Of a DNA stretch of 64,000 bases, positions 27,113 through 35,757 are shown one piece after another. This stretch comes from an uncultured virus (IMG/VR IMGVR_UViG_3300013105_000023) (Duplodnaviria > Heunggongvirae > Uroviricota > Caudoviricetes): IMG/VR virus record IMGVR_UViG_3300013105_000023; one strand, 5' to 3'. The notes below the pieces were generated by a model that saw only the letters and a program-made list of their open reading frames with translations, was not told the origin of the DNA and searched no databases. Numbering within the stretch: position 1 is the stretch's first letter; every line of letters starts with the position of its first letter. The translations under genes were made by a program, and so were the position numbers.

Positions 27113-27921
27113 CCGCTGCTCCCACTTGAATCACTGGAAGAGCCAGAGTCGTAAGACCCATAGTCGTGGCTGCTGTGTGAACTGTGGCTGGAATGACTCG
27201 AATGCCGAGAGCTGTCATCGCTATACGAGCTGTGAGAACGGCTCGGAGCGTCGCAGGACCCAACATCGACTGAACGTGAAGGTTCACTCAGCACGGAGTT
27301 CATGATCAGCATCTGGGTCATCATGGCATCGCTCTGAGAAGAACGTGATCCACGGTGACCATGATTATGTGCACGGGTTTCCGGTCTGTGAGGGCGTTGA
27401 GCCCGCTGGGCCCGAGCGATCAACCGCTCAGTTTCCGCTTGGTTATGACGGAAAGAACCATCCTGCATGATGCGACCCTGCTCCACCGGCAAGTCTGGTG
27501 CCACAAAGAGGTCGGCTCGGGTCAACGGTTGTTCCGGTGGCAGGCTCGACCGTACGATCTTAGCCCGCAGCGGTTTCAACGGCTCACGGACTTCCGGTTT
27601 CTCAAGCGACATGTTCACCGCCGCCCGCACGTCACGTTCAGTAACCGGCGTCAGGGATGCCGCGTAGCCCACCAGTACCGAAGCCGGTCCCCAGTAAGTC
27701 TTGCGGAACCAGCCTTTCTGGAGGATACCTGGGCCCGGACCGCGTGCTTTACGGAACAGGCCGTGTTTACGAACAGGAATCCCGACCCGGTCCAGGGCCC
27801 AGTGCTGCGGCGCTGCCCGGTCGTTACGCATGTCCATCACATTGTACAGATCGCTCAGACAATAGAGCGGACCATCCACACGGATCGAGCAGAAGTCATT
27901 AATCTTCAGTTTCTTCATCAT
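27103..27921 (-). CDS. KilA-N-like DNA-binding protein with a Ser/His/Asp low-complexity tail
   Basis: IRVDGPLYCLSDLY..PQHW..TYW..LVGYAASLTP; tail SSHSSHSSHSSH..GCD. Confidence 0.65.
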   Translation of the reverse strand: MMKKLKINDFCSIRVDGPLYCLSDLYNVMDMRNDRAAPQHWALDRVGIPVRKHGLFRKARGPGPGILQKGWFRKTYWGPASVLVGYAASLTPVTERDVRAAVNMSLEKPEVREPLKPLRAKIVRSSLPPEQPLTRADLFVAPDLPVEQGRIMQDGSFRHNQAETERLIARAQRAQRPHRPETRAHNHGHRGSRSSQSDAMMTQMLIMNSVLSEPSRSVDVGSCDAPSRSHSSYSDDSSRHSSHSSHSSHSSHDYGSYDSGSSSDSSGSSGCD

Positions 27922-29272
27922 CGTTTTCCTCAGTTTCCTTGCCAGCTTTTTCCGCTGCCACCAGTGCCTTAATTTTGTCTGCATCGAGTGTTTCATCGAG
28001 CAGCTCCTCGTAACCGCCGATGCCCAAGTGCGGCACGTGGTCCCACATCGCGGCCTTCAGACCGTAGTTCCCCTGGATCCCAGAGTTCAGGGAGTGAATC
28101 ATGTACATCGTGTCGAAGATACGCCCACGGACGCGGACGCCGGTGGTCACCGCACAGTACTTGATATCAAACTTCACGTTGTGACCCACTTTCGCACGCT
28201 CGGACAGTAACACCGCCTTGACGTACTCCCACGCTTCTTCCGGTTTGAAGAACCGCTGATCTTTGTGCCACAGTGGAACGACGATCGCTTGCACCTTCCC
28301 GTCCGGACGGCGGTAGCCGAACTGGGACGTCAGGATGCGAGCATCTTCAGCCCACGGATCCAGGCCGGTCGATTCCAAGTCCCAGGAAATCACCTGGTTT
28401 GGCGGCAGCCTGAGGATATCTTCCATGGTATCGCGGACGTGGTCAAGTGTCGTGCACACAAATACTTGGTCCGCAATGATCCGTTCCAGGTTCTCCCGCA
28501 AACCTCCCACGGCAATCTGACCGTCGAGGATGCGGCGAATCTTGGTGAGATCGTTGATGATGACGCCGGTGTAATCTGACCCGTACATCTGACCGGACGC
28601 ATTCTGGCGAAGCATGTTGAGCACTTTCGCATGCAGCGTCAGGACGGTAGGAATAGGCGGCAGACCGTCAAGTTCCGTGTGGTAAAACTCTCCACGGTTC
28701 TTGTAGTTCGACTTCTTGGCCAGACCCAGGGCCTTGGTCACTTCGGTCGACATCGAGACGATTGCTTTCGGGCGGGTCCGACGGATTTCTTCCATCAGGT
28801 AGACCGAGCACGGTGCCATCTGCGTGTACGTCAGTTTGACCCGGTCTTCAGCTTCGAGGTTCGGGCACTTGATCAGGTTCAGCACTTTAAAGTGCACGTC
28901 CTTACCAAACGCCAAACGGGCCATGGAGGCGATCTGCTGGGCGTGCAGCTGGTTAACCTGTCCTGCTGTCTTCCACCCGTCGGGGCCGGCACGGTGATCC
29001 TGAATGATGACCACGTCGGCACGGTCGGTGTTCAGGTCAGCAATGAGCGGCCGCTTCATGGAGCACGGCAGTTTGCACACCTTCTCGCAGTACCGAGGGC
29101 GAATTTCCGAGAAGTCTTCTTTGGCCTGAATCGCTTTGGTCACGGCCGTAGTCATCTTCTCTTGGGCGTACAGTTGGTCGAGATCCATGTCTTGGATCTT
29201 GGTGCGTTTCGGTTTGGGTTCGGCCTTGGGTTTGGTGGTCGATGCCCGCAGCTTTGGCGAGTTTATAGCCAT
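27899..29272 (-). CDS. Family A DNA polymerase, N-terminal part: UDG-like domain plus 3'-5' exonuclease (ExoI, ExoII)
   Basis: LNLIKC..C..YL.EEI...RPKAIV..LH (family-4 UDG-like); WDLESTG (ExoI), GHNVKFD (ExoII), DTM, YGLK. ExoIII is absent. Confidence 0.85.
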   Translation of the reverse strand: MAINSPKLRASTTKPKAEPKPKRTKIQDMDLDQLYAQEKMTTAVTKAIQAKEDFSEIRPRYCEKVCKLPCSMKRPLIADLNTDRADVVIIQDHRAGPDGWKTAGQVNQLHAQQIASMARLAFGKDVHFKVLNLIKCPNLEAEDRVKLTYTQMAPCSVYLMEEIRRTRPKAIVSMSTEVTKALGLAKKSNYKNRGEFYHTELDGLPPIPTVLTLHAKVLNMLRQNASGQMYGSDYTGVIINDLTKIRRILDGQIAVGGLRENLERIIADQVFVCTTLDHVRDTMEDILRLPPNQVISWDLESTGLDPWAEDARILTSQFGYRRPDGKVQAIVVPLWHKDQRFFKPEEAWEYVKAVLLSERAKVGHNVKFDIKYCAVTTGVRVRGRIFDTMYMIHSLNSGIQGNYGLKAAMWDHVPHLGIGGYEELLDETLDADKIKALVAAEKAGKETEENDDEETED

Positions 29273-29531
29273 GAATTGCCTCATCTACAGTGCGTTGAAA
29301 GTGAATGGAAATCCACTTCGCGTAAGGCGAAATGAGTTCCAGGCGGACCCAGATTCTACCATAGTCATCCTCGATCCGCACTTTCTTTGGTTTACGCAGA
29401 CGGTGGAACCCGCCGGTGAGCAGCCAGCGGGGTGGGCTTTTGTAATCCGGACGCTGGGACGCCCGGAACACATCGTGAAGCCTAAACCACTCGCCTTCCT
29501 GCCGGATTACGCATCCGTCGATGACGAGCAT
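29037..29531 (-). CDS. KilA-N domain protein
   Basis: IDGCVIRQEGEWFRLHDVFRAS..PPRWL..WV..ELISPYAKWISIHF...V. Confidence 0.7.
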   Translation of the reverse strand: MLVIDGCVIRQEGEWFRLHDVFRASQRPDYKSPPRWLLTGGFHRLRKPKKVRIEDDYGRIWVRLELISPYAKWISIHFQRTVDEAIHGYKLAKAAGIDHQTQGRTQTETHQDPRHGSRPTVRPREDDYGRDQSDSGQRRLLGNSPSVLREGVQTAVLHEAAAHC

Positions 29532-30043
29532 GGGGTGGGCTCCATGGTTTTAGCAATCCCCTGTAACGCAGCGATGATCTGCTCGAGGTTTTCTTTACTC
29601 GGGAATGCCAGGGTCAGCAGGTCCGGCTCATTTTCTGAACCGATGGTAATGCTGGAGCCTTTGCCGTCGTAGGCACCGAGGAACAGGTCATCGCTACAGT
29701 TAACGTACAGGCCGCCATCCATGTACATCATGCCTTTCGGCAGCGTCTGGTCCGGACCGGAATACGCCAAACCGACTTTCTCCCAGTACTTCAGTCGTCC
29801 CTCGCCTTTATCTTCTTGAGCAGCCAAGCGGCGTTCGTTATCAAGAGTAGAGATGATAGTGTGAGGGGTTTCTGGATCGAGGATTACGCGATGGTTTTCT
29901 GTAGCCTGGTAAATCACGCCGATGACTTTCTGATTGTGCATCGAGCTTGTCAGGCTCAGTTGGGCAATAGCTTCTTCACGGTTGCCAGAAGCAAGGAATT
30001 CGTCCAGGATTTGGCCGAACAGGATCTCTTTCTCAGCTTGCAT
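29507..30043 (-). CDS. Hypothetical protein
   Basis: GGAG RBS; first gene after a promoter. Confidence 0.65.
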   Translation of the reverse strand: MQAEKEILFGQILDEFLASGNREEAIAQLSLTSSMHNQKVIGVIYQATENHRVILDPETPHTIISTLDNERRLAAQEDKGEGRLKYWEKVGLAYSGPDQTLPKGMMYMDGGLYVNCSDDLFLGAYDGKGSSITIGSENEPDLLTLAFPSKENLEQIIAALQGIAKTMEPTPCSSSTDA

Positions 30044-30072
30044 GGTACTTCTCCATTATGGTGTATGCTTTT

Positions 30073-30080
30073 CTTATACC
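30073..30080 (-). promoter_or_regulatory. Phage GGTATAAG promoter
   Basis: Recurrent motif. Confidence 0.65.
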
Positions 30081-30550
30081 TCGGCTTCTTCTGCTTGTTT
30101 ATTCTGCAGAATGAAGGCGCCGCGGATTGATTCCATTGTCTGCATGCACTGCATCATGACATCATTCGGGGACAGAGGGCGTTTATGGCACCGCGAACGG
30201 TTGATCACCAGCATGCCGTCTTCGTTAACGGTATATCCCGAGATACGGAAAGGGATACCGATACGCCAACCCCGGGGGAAGTCGATCGCCTGCGGTTTTC
30301 TAAACAGGTTGATTGCACCCTCGGGCATCGGGCGGCGCTCGTGCAGACCAACGTCACCCTCGTAGTACCAGGCAATTGGGGTGAAGTGGGCGAAATTCAG
30401 ACGCTGTCTTTCCCGACGATGACCGGCACGGGAGATTTCCAGTGCGTCGATCAGCAGCAGGACTTCCTGGCGGGAAAACGCGTTGTAACCGGCGTCAAGC
30501 TGGCGACGAACGGACGCTTCATTACGGGAAATGACTCGGATGTCATTCAT
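30074..30550 (-). CDS. Hypothetical protein
   Basis: Coupled ORF; shares the FS..E...L motif with the upstream gene. Confidence 0.55.
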   Translation of the reverse strand: MNDIRVISRNEASVRRQLDAGYNAFSRQEVLLLIDALEISRAGHRRERQRLNFAHFTPIAWYYEGDVGLHERRPMPEGAINLFRKPQAIDFPRGWRIGIPFRISGYTVNEDGMLVINRSRCHKRPLSPNDVMMQCMQTMESIRGAFILQNKQAEEAEV

Positions 30551-31503
30551 TACTTTGTTCCTTCTGAATAGCCAATGTGGAGGGCACGAAGTTCGCCAAG
30601 GGCTTCTTCGAGGATTTTCTGCAGCTCGGCACTGGTAAGGTCGGCAAACCGAGTGCCACACCACCAGAGACCGGTAGTTTGGTTCGTGTGGAAGTGCTCC
30701 CCGGCGTGGTACTGCTTATCAGGATCAATCAACCCGTGGTCTGGCAGGTTCAGGTAGGTCGGTCTGGCGAACAAGCCTTCCTGGAAGCTATCAGAATGAA
30801 GGGAACCAGCTTTGAGCATTGCTTTCTTGGCAGAGTCACTCAAGAAGAAACCTGTTGCACGGTCCATCCATGCTCTAGGGTCAAAGAACGCACGGCCCAG
30901 GCGAATCTTTAGGTTAGAAGCCGTTTGTTGCTGTTCGCGACCCCAGCGAAGCATCATTCGCATTTCATTAAGGCTGAACACGCGGGGATCTTCCTGCTTC
31001 ACCAGATCCATCAATTCTTTGATGTTCTTACGTTCTTTACGTACACCCCACGGGTTTCTCTTAGTCACGTGGTTCAGCAGCTGGCGAACTTCAACGAAGG
31101 AGAAACGGGTGATATTATCATCTTCGATGATCTTCAGGATTTCCTCAGGACTACGGGTCGGGCCTTCGACTGCCAGTTGCTTATTAGCGGTCTTATACTG
31201 CTCGAGATCTTTTTGAGTTTCTTCAAGCTTCTGGCCAAGTCGGGCAATCTCTGCGTAGCTAAACAAATGGGTATCTTCACTGGGCGGCTGTCGAACAATG
31301 TTGAGAATGTGCTGCACCGAACGGTCACCGTCCGCGGCGTCCAGAGAGGCCTTGAGGATATTTTCCATAAACTGCAGGCGGCGGGCCTTAGCGTCTAAAT
31401 CTTTTTGAAGCATGTCCAATTGATGAGCCAGCTCGACCATTTCGTGAGACATGAGGGCACGGCCGATCGCCGCAAGCTCTCTGATTTTTGCTGAAGTAAC
31501 CAT
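30550..31503 (-). CDS. Hypothetical coiled-coil protein with internal repeats
   Basis: FSYAEIARL, FSFVEVRQLL, FSLNEMRMML. Confidence 0.65.
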   Translation of the reverse strand: MVTSAKIRELAAIGRALMSHEMVELAHQLDMLQKDLDAKARRLQFMENILKASLDAADGDRSVQHILNIVRQPPSEDTHLFSYAEIARLGQKLEETQKDLEQYKTANKQLAVEGPTRSPEEILKIIEDDNITRFSFVEVRQLLNHVTKRNPWGVRKERKNIKELMDLVKQEDPRVFSLNEMRMMLRWGREQQQTASNLKIRLGRAFFDPRAWMDRATGFFLSDSAKKAMLKAGSLHSDSFQEGLFARPTYLNLPDHGLIDPDKQYHAGEHFHTNQTTGLWWCGTRFADLTSAELQKILEEALGELRALHIGYSEGTK

Positions 31504-31553
31504 AACATCACCTAAATATGTAGGGCTCCGGACGGAGACCTTTCGTCACATTT

Positions 31554-31561
31554 GTTATACC
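31554..31561 (-). promoter_or_regulatory. Phage promoter variant GGTATAAC
   Basis: GGTATAACAAATGTGAC at the same spacing as the other copies. Confidence 0.55.
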
Positions 31562-31690
31562 CGGATTTCGACGTTTTGGGGACGTTCCAGTAGGGTTGGC
31601 GACAGCTCGGGCTTTCTCGGCGTTGATACGTTTGAACGTCCATTACGCCCAGAACGACACCCGCTTATAGCCCTGAAGAGTAAGGGTAGG

Positions 31691-31831
31691 GACTCTCTAT
31701 ATATCTCTAAAAAAGCCTTAGTAAGTAGTTTATAGTATAGGGGAACAGTTACACTATAGAGTGTGTCAAGGTTCGCGTACCAGACGTATCGGCGTACCAA
31801 CTCCTCGCAAACCCGCGTGGTGTAAGGCTTT
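31691..31831. repeat. Non-coding origin-like element, copy 2
   Basis: Colinear with 23-163. Confidence 0.9.
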
Positions 31832-31871
31832 CGCTTGGAACATTTTGGGAACGTGGGGCGTATCAGACAAG

Positions 31872-31892
31872 AAAAAGCCCTCCGAAGAGGGC
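31872..31892 (-). terminator. Intrinsic terminator, identical to 33819-33839
   Basis: GCCCTC-TTCG-GAGGGC-TTTTT. Confidence 0.8.
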
Positions 31893-31900
31893 TCTGGGTT

Positions 31901-33709
31901 TTAGAAGTACGCAACCTTTCGGTCGACACCGTTGATGTTCACGGTGACGTAGCCGGCAGGGAGTGCGACCAGAGGGGCAGCCGCAACGGCCGTCTGCATC
32001 GTCAGGACACCTTGCTCGTTCGCACCGATACCGGCCAGGCCGTTGTGCAGGCTGAAGCGGTTCTGAGGAACAGCAAAGTCACCGCCTTTGGTGAAGCTTG
32101 CCAGTAACGCTTGCAGATCCGCATCGGCGACCGGGCCGTAGTCTGAACTGAAAGCGGTACACTGACCGGCTTCAAAGCGGGTCGGACCGGTGGTGGTCAG
32201 GTTGAAGATCACATCGCCGCAGTTCTTGGCCAGCTTGACCCAGACTTTGGCGCCGTCACCCCAGACACGCTGGTAGCGAACGTCGATGATGGCATCCATT
32301 CCTTCCTGCTGCATGTCCGCGTAGACTTTGCCCGGAGAAGCACAACGCTGCAGGTTAATGCGACGTTTACCCACACCGTTCATGGCACACGGTTGTTCCA
32401 GTTTGGCGTTTGCCGCCGCACCGTCACGCTTGGACAGGAACTCGATTTCCCACACTTGGTTCATTTTCGGGAACGTGAAGTGCCCGACGTAGAACCACTT
32501 GTCTTCCGGCGTGGTGTTCGTCAGCTTGTAACCGGTGAAGTAACCGGCACGGAAGGACGCGTCGTTCATTTCCACACCGTATGTTTCACGACGGATCCAA
32601 CCCTTCTCGTAGCCTGACAGCCAGGAACCGGCGACGCGGTTGCACGTCATGGTGCCCTGACCTTGGAAGTACGCACCGTCGATGACGCAACGGGTGTTGT
32701 CCAGGCAAAGCGGGTTGTCTGACGACTCGATAGATAACGCTTCGATGACCCACTGACCGTTATCCAGGTTGCCCGGGAAGCGGGTGTGTTCAATCCACAC
32801 GTTACGAATCAAGCCCTGAGTCAGGCGTGGCATATCCAGCAGGGCAGGACCATAACCGTTCTGGAAGTTAGAGTTCTGCAGGCTGATAGCCGTCGAGTGG
32901 TTCCATCCACCAGCAGGGTTGTTCGAATACTTCACTTCGATGACAGAACCGAAGGACTTCGAACTGTAGATCTGATCCAGCTTGGTGTCCAAGGTGTCGA
33001 TGAACTTCAGGCCGGTACCACCGTTGTTGTCGATACGGACGGCAAAGATGTTACAGAACTCACCGGTCTGGCAGATGTTCTCGAAGAACGGCTGGTTGTT
33101 CGAACGCTGAGCTGGCATGACCGCACCCTTGATGTTGTTCACGTCAGCGGTACATTGGCCATTCCAGGTGAAGCCTTGCATGATCACGCGGCGAGCGTTG
33201 ACCTTGAAGACCGTGGCATCAGATTTATCCGAAATGATGCGGACACGAGGACGCCAACCGCCCTTCGCACGGACGTCACCGTAGATGGCGAAGACCGGCA
33301 GTTCACCTAAGCCGGTGAAATCTAATGGCTTAATGAACGTTTGACCGGTTGGGATGCGAACACCCAGTGCGTCGCTGTAGCTCTCGTAGTTCTTAGACCA
33401 CAGGAAGTTACGCATGAACGCATCACTGTCGTCGGTCTTACCGTCACAGCGGCCACCGAAGTGGAAAAGGTTGATCTGCTCGGGATCGTCGATAATACGC
33501 TTCCAGAAGAACTTCTTGCCGGCGTCCAGAGCGACAGTACCACCGTCGTCTGCAGGCAGGTCTTTGGTTTGCACGAAACCAACGAATAAACCGCCACCCC
33601 GGAAGGTGCTGTCTTTGTCGTAGTATCGTGTCAGCATGGCGATATCGCCAGATTTGGTCGGAGCGGTGGTACGGAGTTGGGCGAAGCTATTGACTTCAAT
33701 CATTGACAT
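31901..33709 (-). CDS. AmsF/WceF-like beta-helix exopolysaccharide hydrolase
   Basis: DTLDTKLDQ, WNHSTAI, WIEH..PG.L.NGQWVIEALSIE and RFSLHNG.AGIGANEQG are recalled motifs of Erwinia AmsF / Pantoea WceF. Confidence 0.85.
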   Translation of the reverse strand: MSMIEVNSFAQLRTTAPTKSGDIAMLTRYYDKDSTFRGGGLFVGFVQTKDLPADDGGTVALDAGKKFFWKRIIDDPEQINLFHFGGRCDGKTDDSDAFMRNFLWSKNYESYSDALGVRIPTGQTFIKPLDFTGLGELPVFAIYGDVRAKGGWRPRVRIISDKSDATVFKVNARRVIMQGFTWNGQCTADVNNIKGAVMPAQRSNNQPFFENICQTGEFCNIFAVRIDNNGGTGLKFIDTLDTKLDQIYSSKSFGSVIEVKYSNNPAGGWNHSTAISLQNSNFQNGYGPALLDMPRLTQGLIRNVWIEHTRFPGNLDNGQWVIEALSIESSDNPLCLDNTRCVIDGAYFQGQGTMTCNRVAGSWLSGYEKGWIRRETYGVEMNDASFRAGYFTGYKLTNTTPEDKWFYVGHFTFPKMNQVWEIEFLSKRDGAAANAKLEQPCAMNGVGKRRINLQRCASPGKVYADMQQEGMDAIIDVRYQRVWGDGAKVWVKLAKNCGDVIFNLTTTGPTRFEAGQCTAFSSDYGPVADADLQALLASFTKGGDFAVPQNRFSLHNGLAGIGANEQGVLTMQTAVAAAPLVALPAGYVTVNINGVDRKVAYF

Positions 33710-33818
33710 TTCCTCTAATAATAATGGACCTTAAAATCGAAAAAACCCTTATAATAAAAGGACTTTCAGGTAGACACCTGTCAATTTTAACGTCAAAAAT
33801 TTGAGTTAGACGAAATGA

Positions 33819-33839
33819 AAAAAGCCCTCCGAAGAGGGC
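33819..33839 (-). terminator. Intrinsic terminator, identical to 31872-31892
   Basis: Same 21-mer. Confidence 0.8.
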
Positions 33840-33850
33840 CTGGGGTGTTC

Positions 33851-34132
33851 TTAGCGACGAGACAGAGGGACTGCTTCGTAGTACTGCATTACGGTATTGG
33901 CAGGAATGTACCCGCGGACCACCGCCAGTTTCAACGCTGCTTCCGCAGAGTGAGCGTGGACGATTTCGCTAGATGGCTTTTTGCCGTAGCGACCCTTCTT
34001 CTGGCTCCCGTCTTTGTTCAGAGGGAGGACAGGACGAACTTCATACTGCATGCCGGACTTTTTCATGATAAAAACCTGGTGTGTGGTGGAAGATGGGATC
34101 ACTATAACGGAGGTATCCCGCCCTGTCAACAC
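33851..34132 (-). CDS. Hypothetical protein (start uncertain)
   Basis: ORF ends at the terminator. Confidence 0.5.
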   Translation of the reverse strand: MLTGRDTSVIVIPSSTTHQVFIMKKSGMQYEVRPVLPLNKDGSQKKGRYGKKPSSEIVHAHSAEAALKLAVVRGYIPANTVMQYYEAVPLSRR

Positions 34133-34762
34133 TTACAGAGAAATATCTTTCGAATACACCAAGTTCTGTCCGACACGGTGGATTCTGGCTAAAAAGCCGT
34201 TTACGCCGCCCCGATCGATCTGGCGTTCGGTACGAGCCCGTGCGAGCAATCCCGGGACGCCGACGACTTTGGTGCCGGTTCGCTCCAGATCGGACTGAAG
34301 TACAGAACGCTTATACGGCGTGAAAGCTGCTGAGAGCTTTCCGTCTTCAACAAGGCGATCGTCGAGGATAACCGTATCACGGTTGCCACGAGCAAGCCTT
34401 TTACGTAACGAGTAAAAGATGTGTTCATTTGGATCTCCAAGTTTGACCTGGGCGCCGTGGGGCTGAACCTGGCCGTTGTTAATGAGGTAGATATCCCGTG
34501 CGTTGTTATTATCCGGTGCACGCACAGCGATATTATCACCCTTCGTCAGAATCCTTGCAACCACTCTTTCCGCGTACGGACCGAGGTTCGTCATTTGGTG
34601 ACGCAGATTGCCGTCTTCACGATACCCCGCGGTGTCAGGGACAGAACCCTTTCCGGCGAGCATCGCTTTGACCGTTTCCAAGCGGGTGCGTGTGTGGTTA
34701 TTCTCCCAGACGGCCTGAGCGGCTTGGTCCAGGTCGAGATTGTCAATGTCTGACCAATTCAT
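34133..34762 (-). CDS. Hypothetical protein
   Basis: GGAGG RBS before MNWSDI. Confidence 0.65.
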   Translation of the reverse strand: MNWSDIDNLDLDQAAQAVWENNHTRTRLETVKAMLAGKGSVPDTAGYREDGNLRHQMTNLGPYAERVVARILTKGDNIAVRAPDNNNARDIYLINNGQVQPHGAQVKLGDPNEHIFYSLRKRLARGNRDTVILDDRLVEDGKLSAAFTPYKRSVLQSDLERTGTKVVGVPGLLARARTERQIDRGGVNGFLARIHRVGQNLVYSKDISL

Positions 34763-34812
34763 AGTATCCTCCAATATAGCTATAGTTTAGCTAAAAGAGA
34801 GCCTAGGGGCTC

Positions 34813-34998
34813 TCAGAACATGCACTTAGGAGTGCGGAGTGGGCCATGATACTCGATCCCATCGTCATACTCTTCTTCTTTGGGACGGCGCCACACGATT
34901 TCACCTTTTGATGGTGCCACGTAGTCTGGGTGGCCAGGTACGATAGGGCCTGACAGGTTTTCCGGGTTTTTCCACTTCAGGTCATTCGGGTCAAACAT
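34813..34998 (-). CDS. Hypothetical protein
   Basis: GAGG RBS before MFDPND. Confidence 0.45.
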   Translation of the reverse strand: MFDPNDLKWKNPENLSGPIVPGHPDYVAPSKGEIVWRRPKEEEYDDGIEYHGPLRTPKCMF

Positions 34999-35071
34999 AG
35001 CAAATCCCTCTTCGGTATCTTCAAAAAGAAAGGTAGGACCCCCGCGTGGTTGAGGTCCTACCCGCCAGTAA

Positions 35072-35182
35072 TCACCGGCTATGTCGTACCATCGAAACTT
35101 GTGAATTGTAATCCATCGTACCAACAGCTACGAAGGATGATGCGAAGAGCAGAGCGATTAGAATAGCTTTTCCACGGGTCAT
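35072..35182 (-). CDS. 36-aa single-TM peptide (not in the ORF track)
   Basis: MTRGKAILIALLFASSFVAVGTMDYNSQVSMVRHSR, with an AGGAG RBS, its own promoter and a terminator. Confidence 0.6.
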   Translation of the reverse strand: MTRGKAILIALLFASSFVAVGTMDYNSQVSMVRHSR

Positions 35183-35202
35183 AAGAATTTCTCCTTTCCT
35201 GG

Positions 35203-35221
35203 TTTACACCCTTCTTATACC
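35203..35221 (-). promoter_or_regulatory. Phage GGTATAAG promoter
   Basis: TCAATA-N15-GGTATAAGAAGGGTGTAAA. Confidence 0.75.
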
Positions 35222-35242
35222 GCTCCGCTTCTTCGATATTGA

Positions 35243-35509
35243 CTACGGCCGAGGCAACCGGACTTCCCAGTTGATGACAATTGTTTGACGCCGATGGTCT
35301 CGCCAACCCACGGTAAAACCTTCAAGTTTTAGCGCTTCGATCAGATGCGTCCCCTTGATGTAATCTTCGGGGACCACAGAGACTGTCACCTCGACCTTGC
35401 CCAACCCAGATTCATAACGGATTTGGTCCTGAACCTTGTGAGCAAGATCACCGGCCCGAGCCCATTGGAAGTCCGCCGCCCGCTGGCGATTCTCTGCTAA
35501 GAAGCTCAT
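35243..35509 (-). CDS. Small alpha/beta paralogue family member
   Basis: IRYESGLG..LKLEGFTV..VINW. Confidence 0.6.
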   Translation of the reverse strand: MSFLAENRQRAADFQWARAGDLAHKVQDQIRYESGLGKVEVTVSVVPEDYIKGTHLIEALKLEGFTVGWRDHRRQTIVINWEVRLPRP

Positions 35510-35757
35510 GACCAGGTTACCGTAGCTTTCTGAACATACTGGTTGTAATCGGACACTTTAAAACCACGGCGTTCCAACTTACAGATTAACGAATGGCGAT
35601 CATTAGCTGCTTCTGGAAAGCTGATCTCCACTGAGTAGTAACCCTGTTCGGCACGCTCCTTGATTTCTTTCAGGCTGCCGGCTAACCAACTGGATACATC
35701 GTTCTGATTGACCGTGTCGGCGATGTTACGCATGTCTTGGGCTGTTTGTTCGTTCAT
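35506..35757 (-). CDS. Small alpha/beta paralogue family member
   Basis: IKERAEQG..LERRGFKV..TVTW. Confidence 0.65.
   Translation of the reverse strand: MNEQTAQDMRNIADTVNQNDVSSWLAGSLKEIKERAEQGYYSVEISFPEAANDRHSLICKLERRGFKVSDYNQYVQKATVTWS

Noticed and set aside
27103..27260. Tandem DNA repeat in the Ser/His-rich tail
   Set aside because: The codons vary, so it is protein-level low complexity rather than a DNA repeat array.
19150..27990. Split intein or intron joining the polymerase halves
   Set aside because: No Cys/Ser-initiated intein N-block and no HN-C/S/T end. Both halves have their own RBS and ordinary genes lie between them.
23..31831. Terminal repeat or assembly artefact explaining the duplicated element
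   Set aside because: The copies diverge in the spacers while keeping the motifs, and copy 2 is internal with unique flanks.
31555..31929. 124-aa ORF across the origin-like element
   Set aside because: No RBS, it crosses a terminator and the repeat, and its composition is not protein-like.
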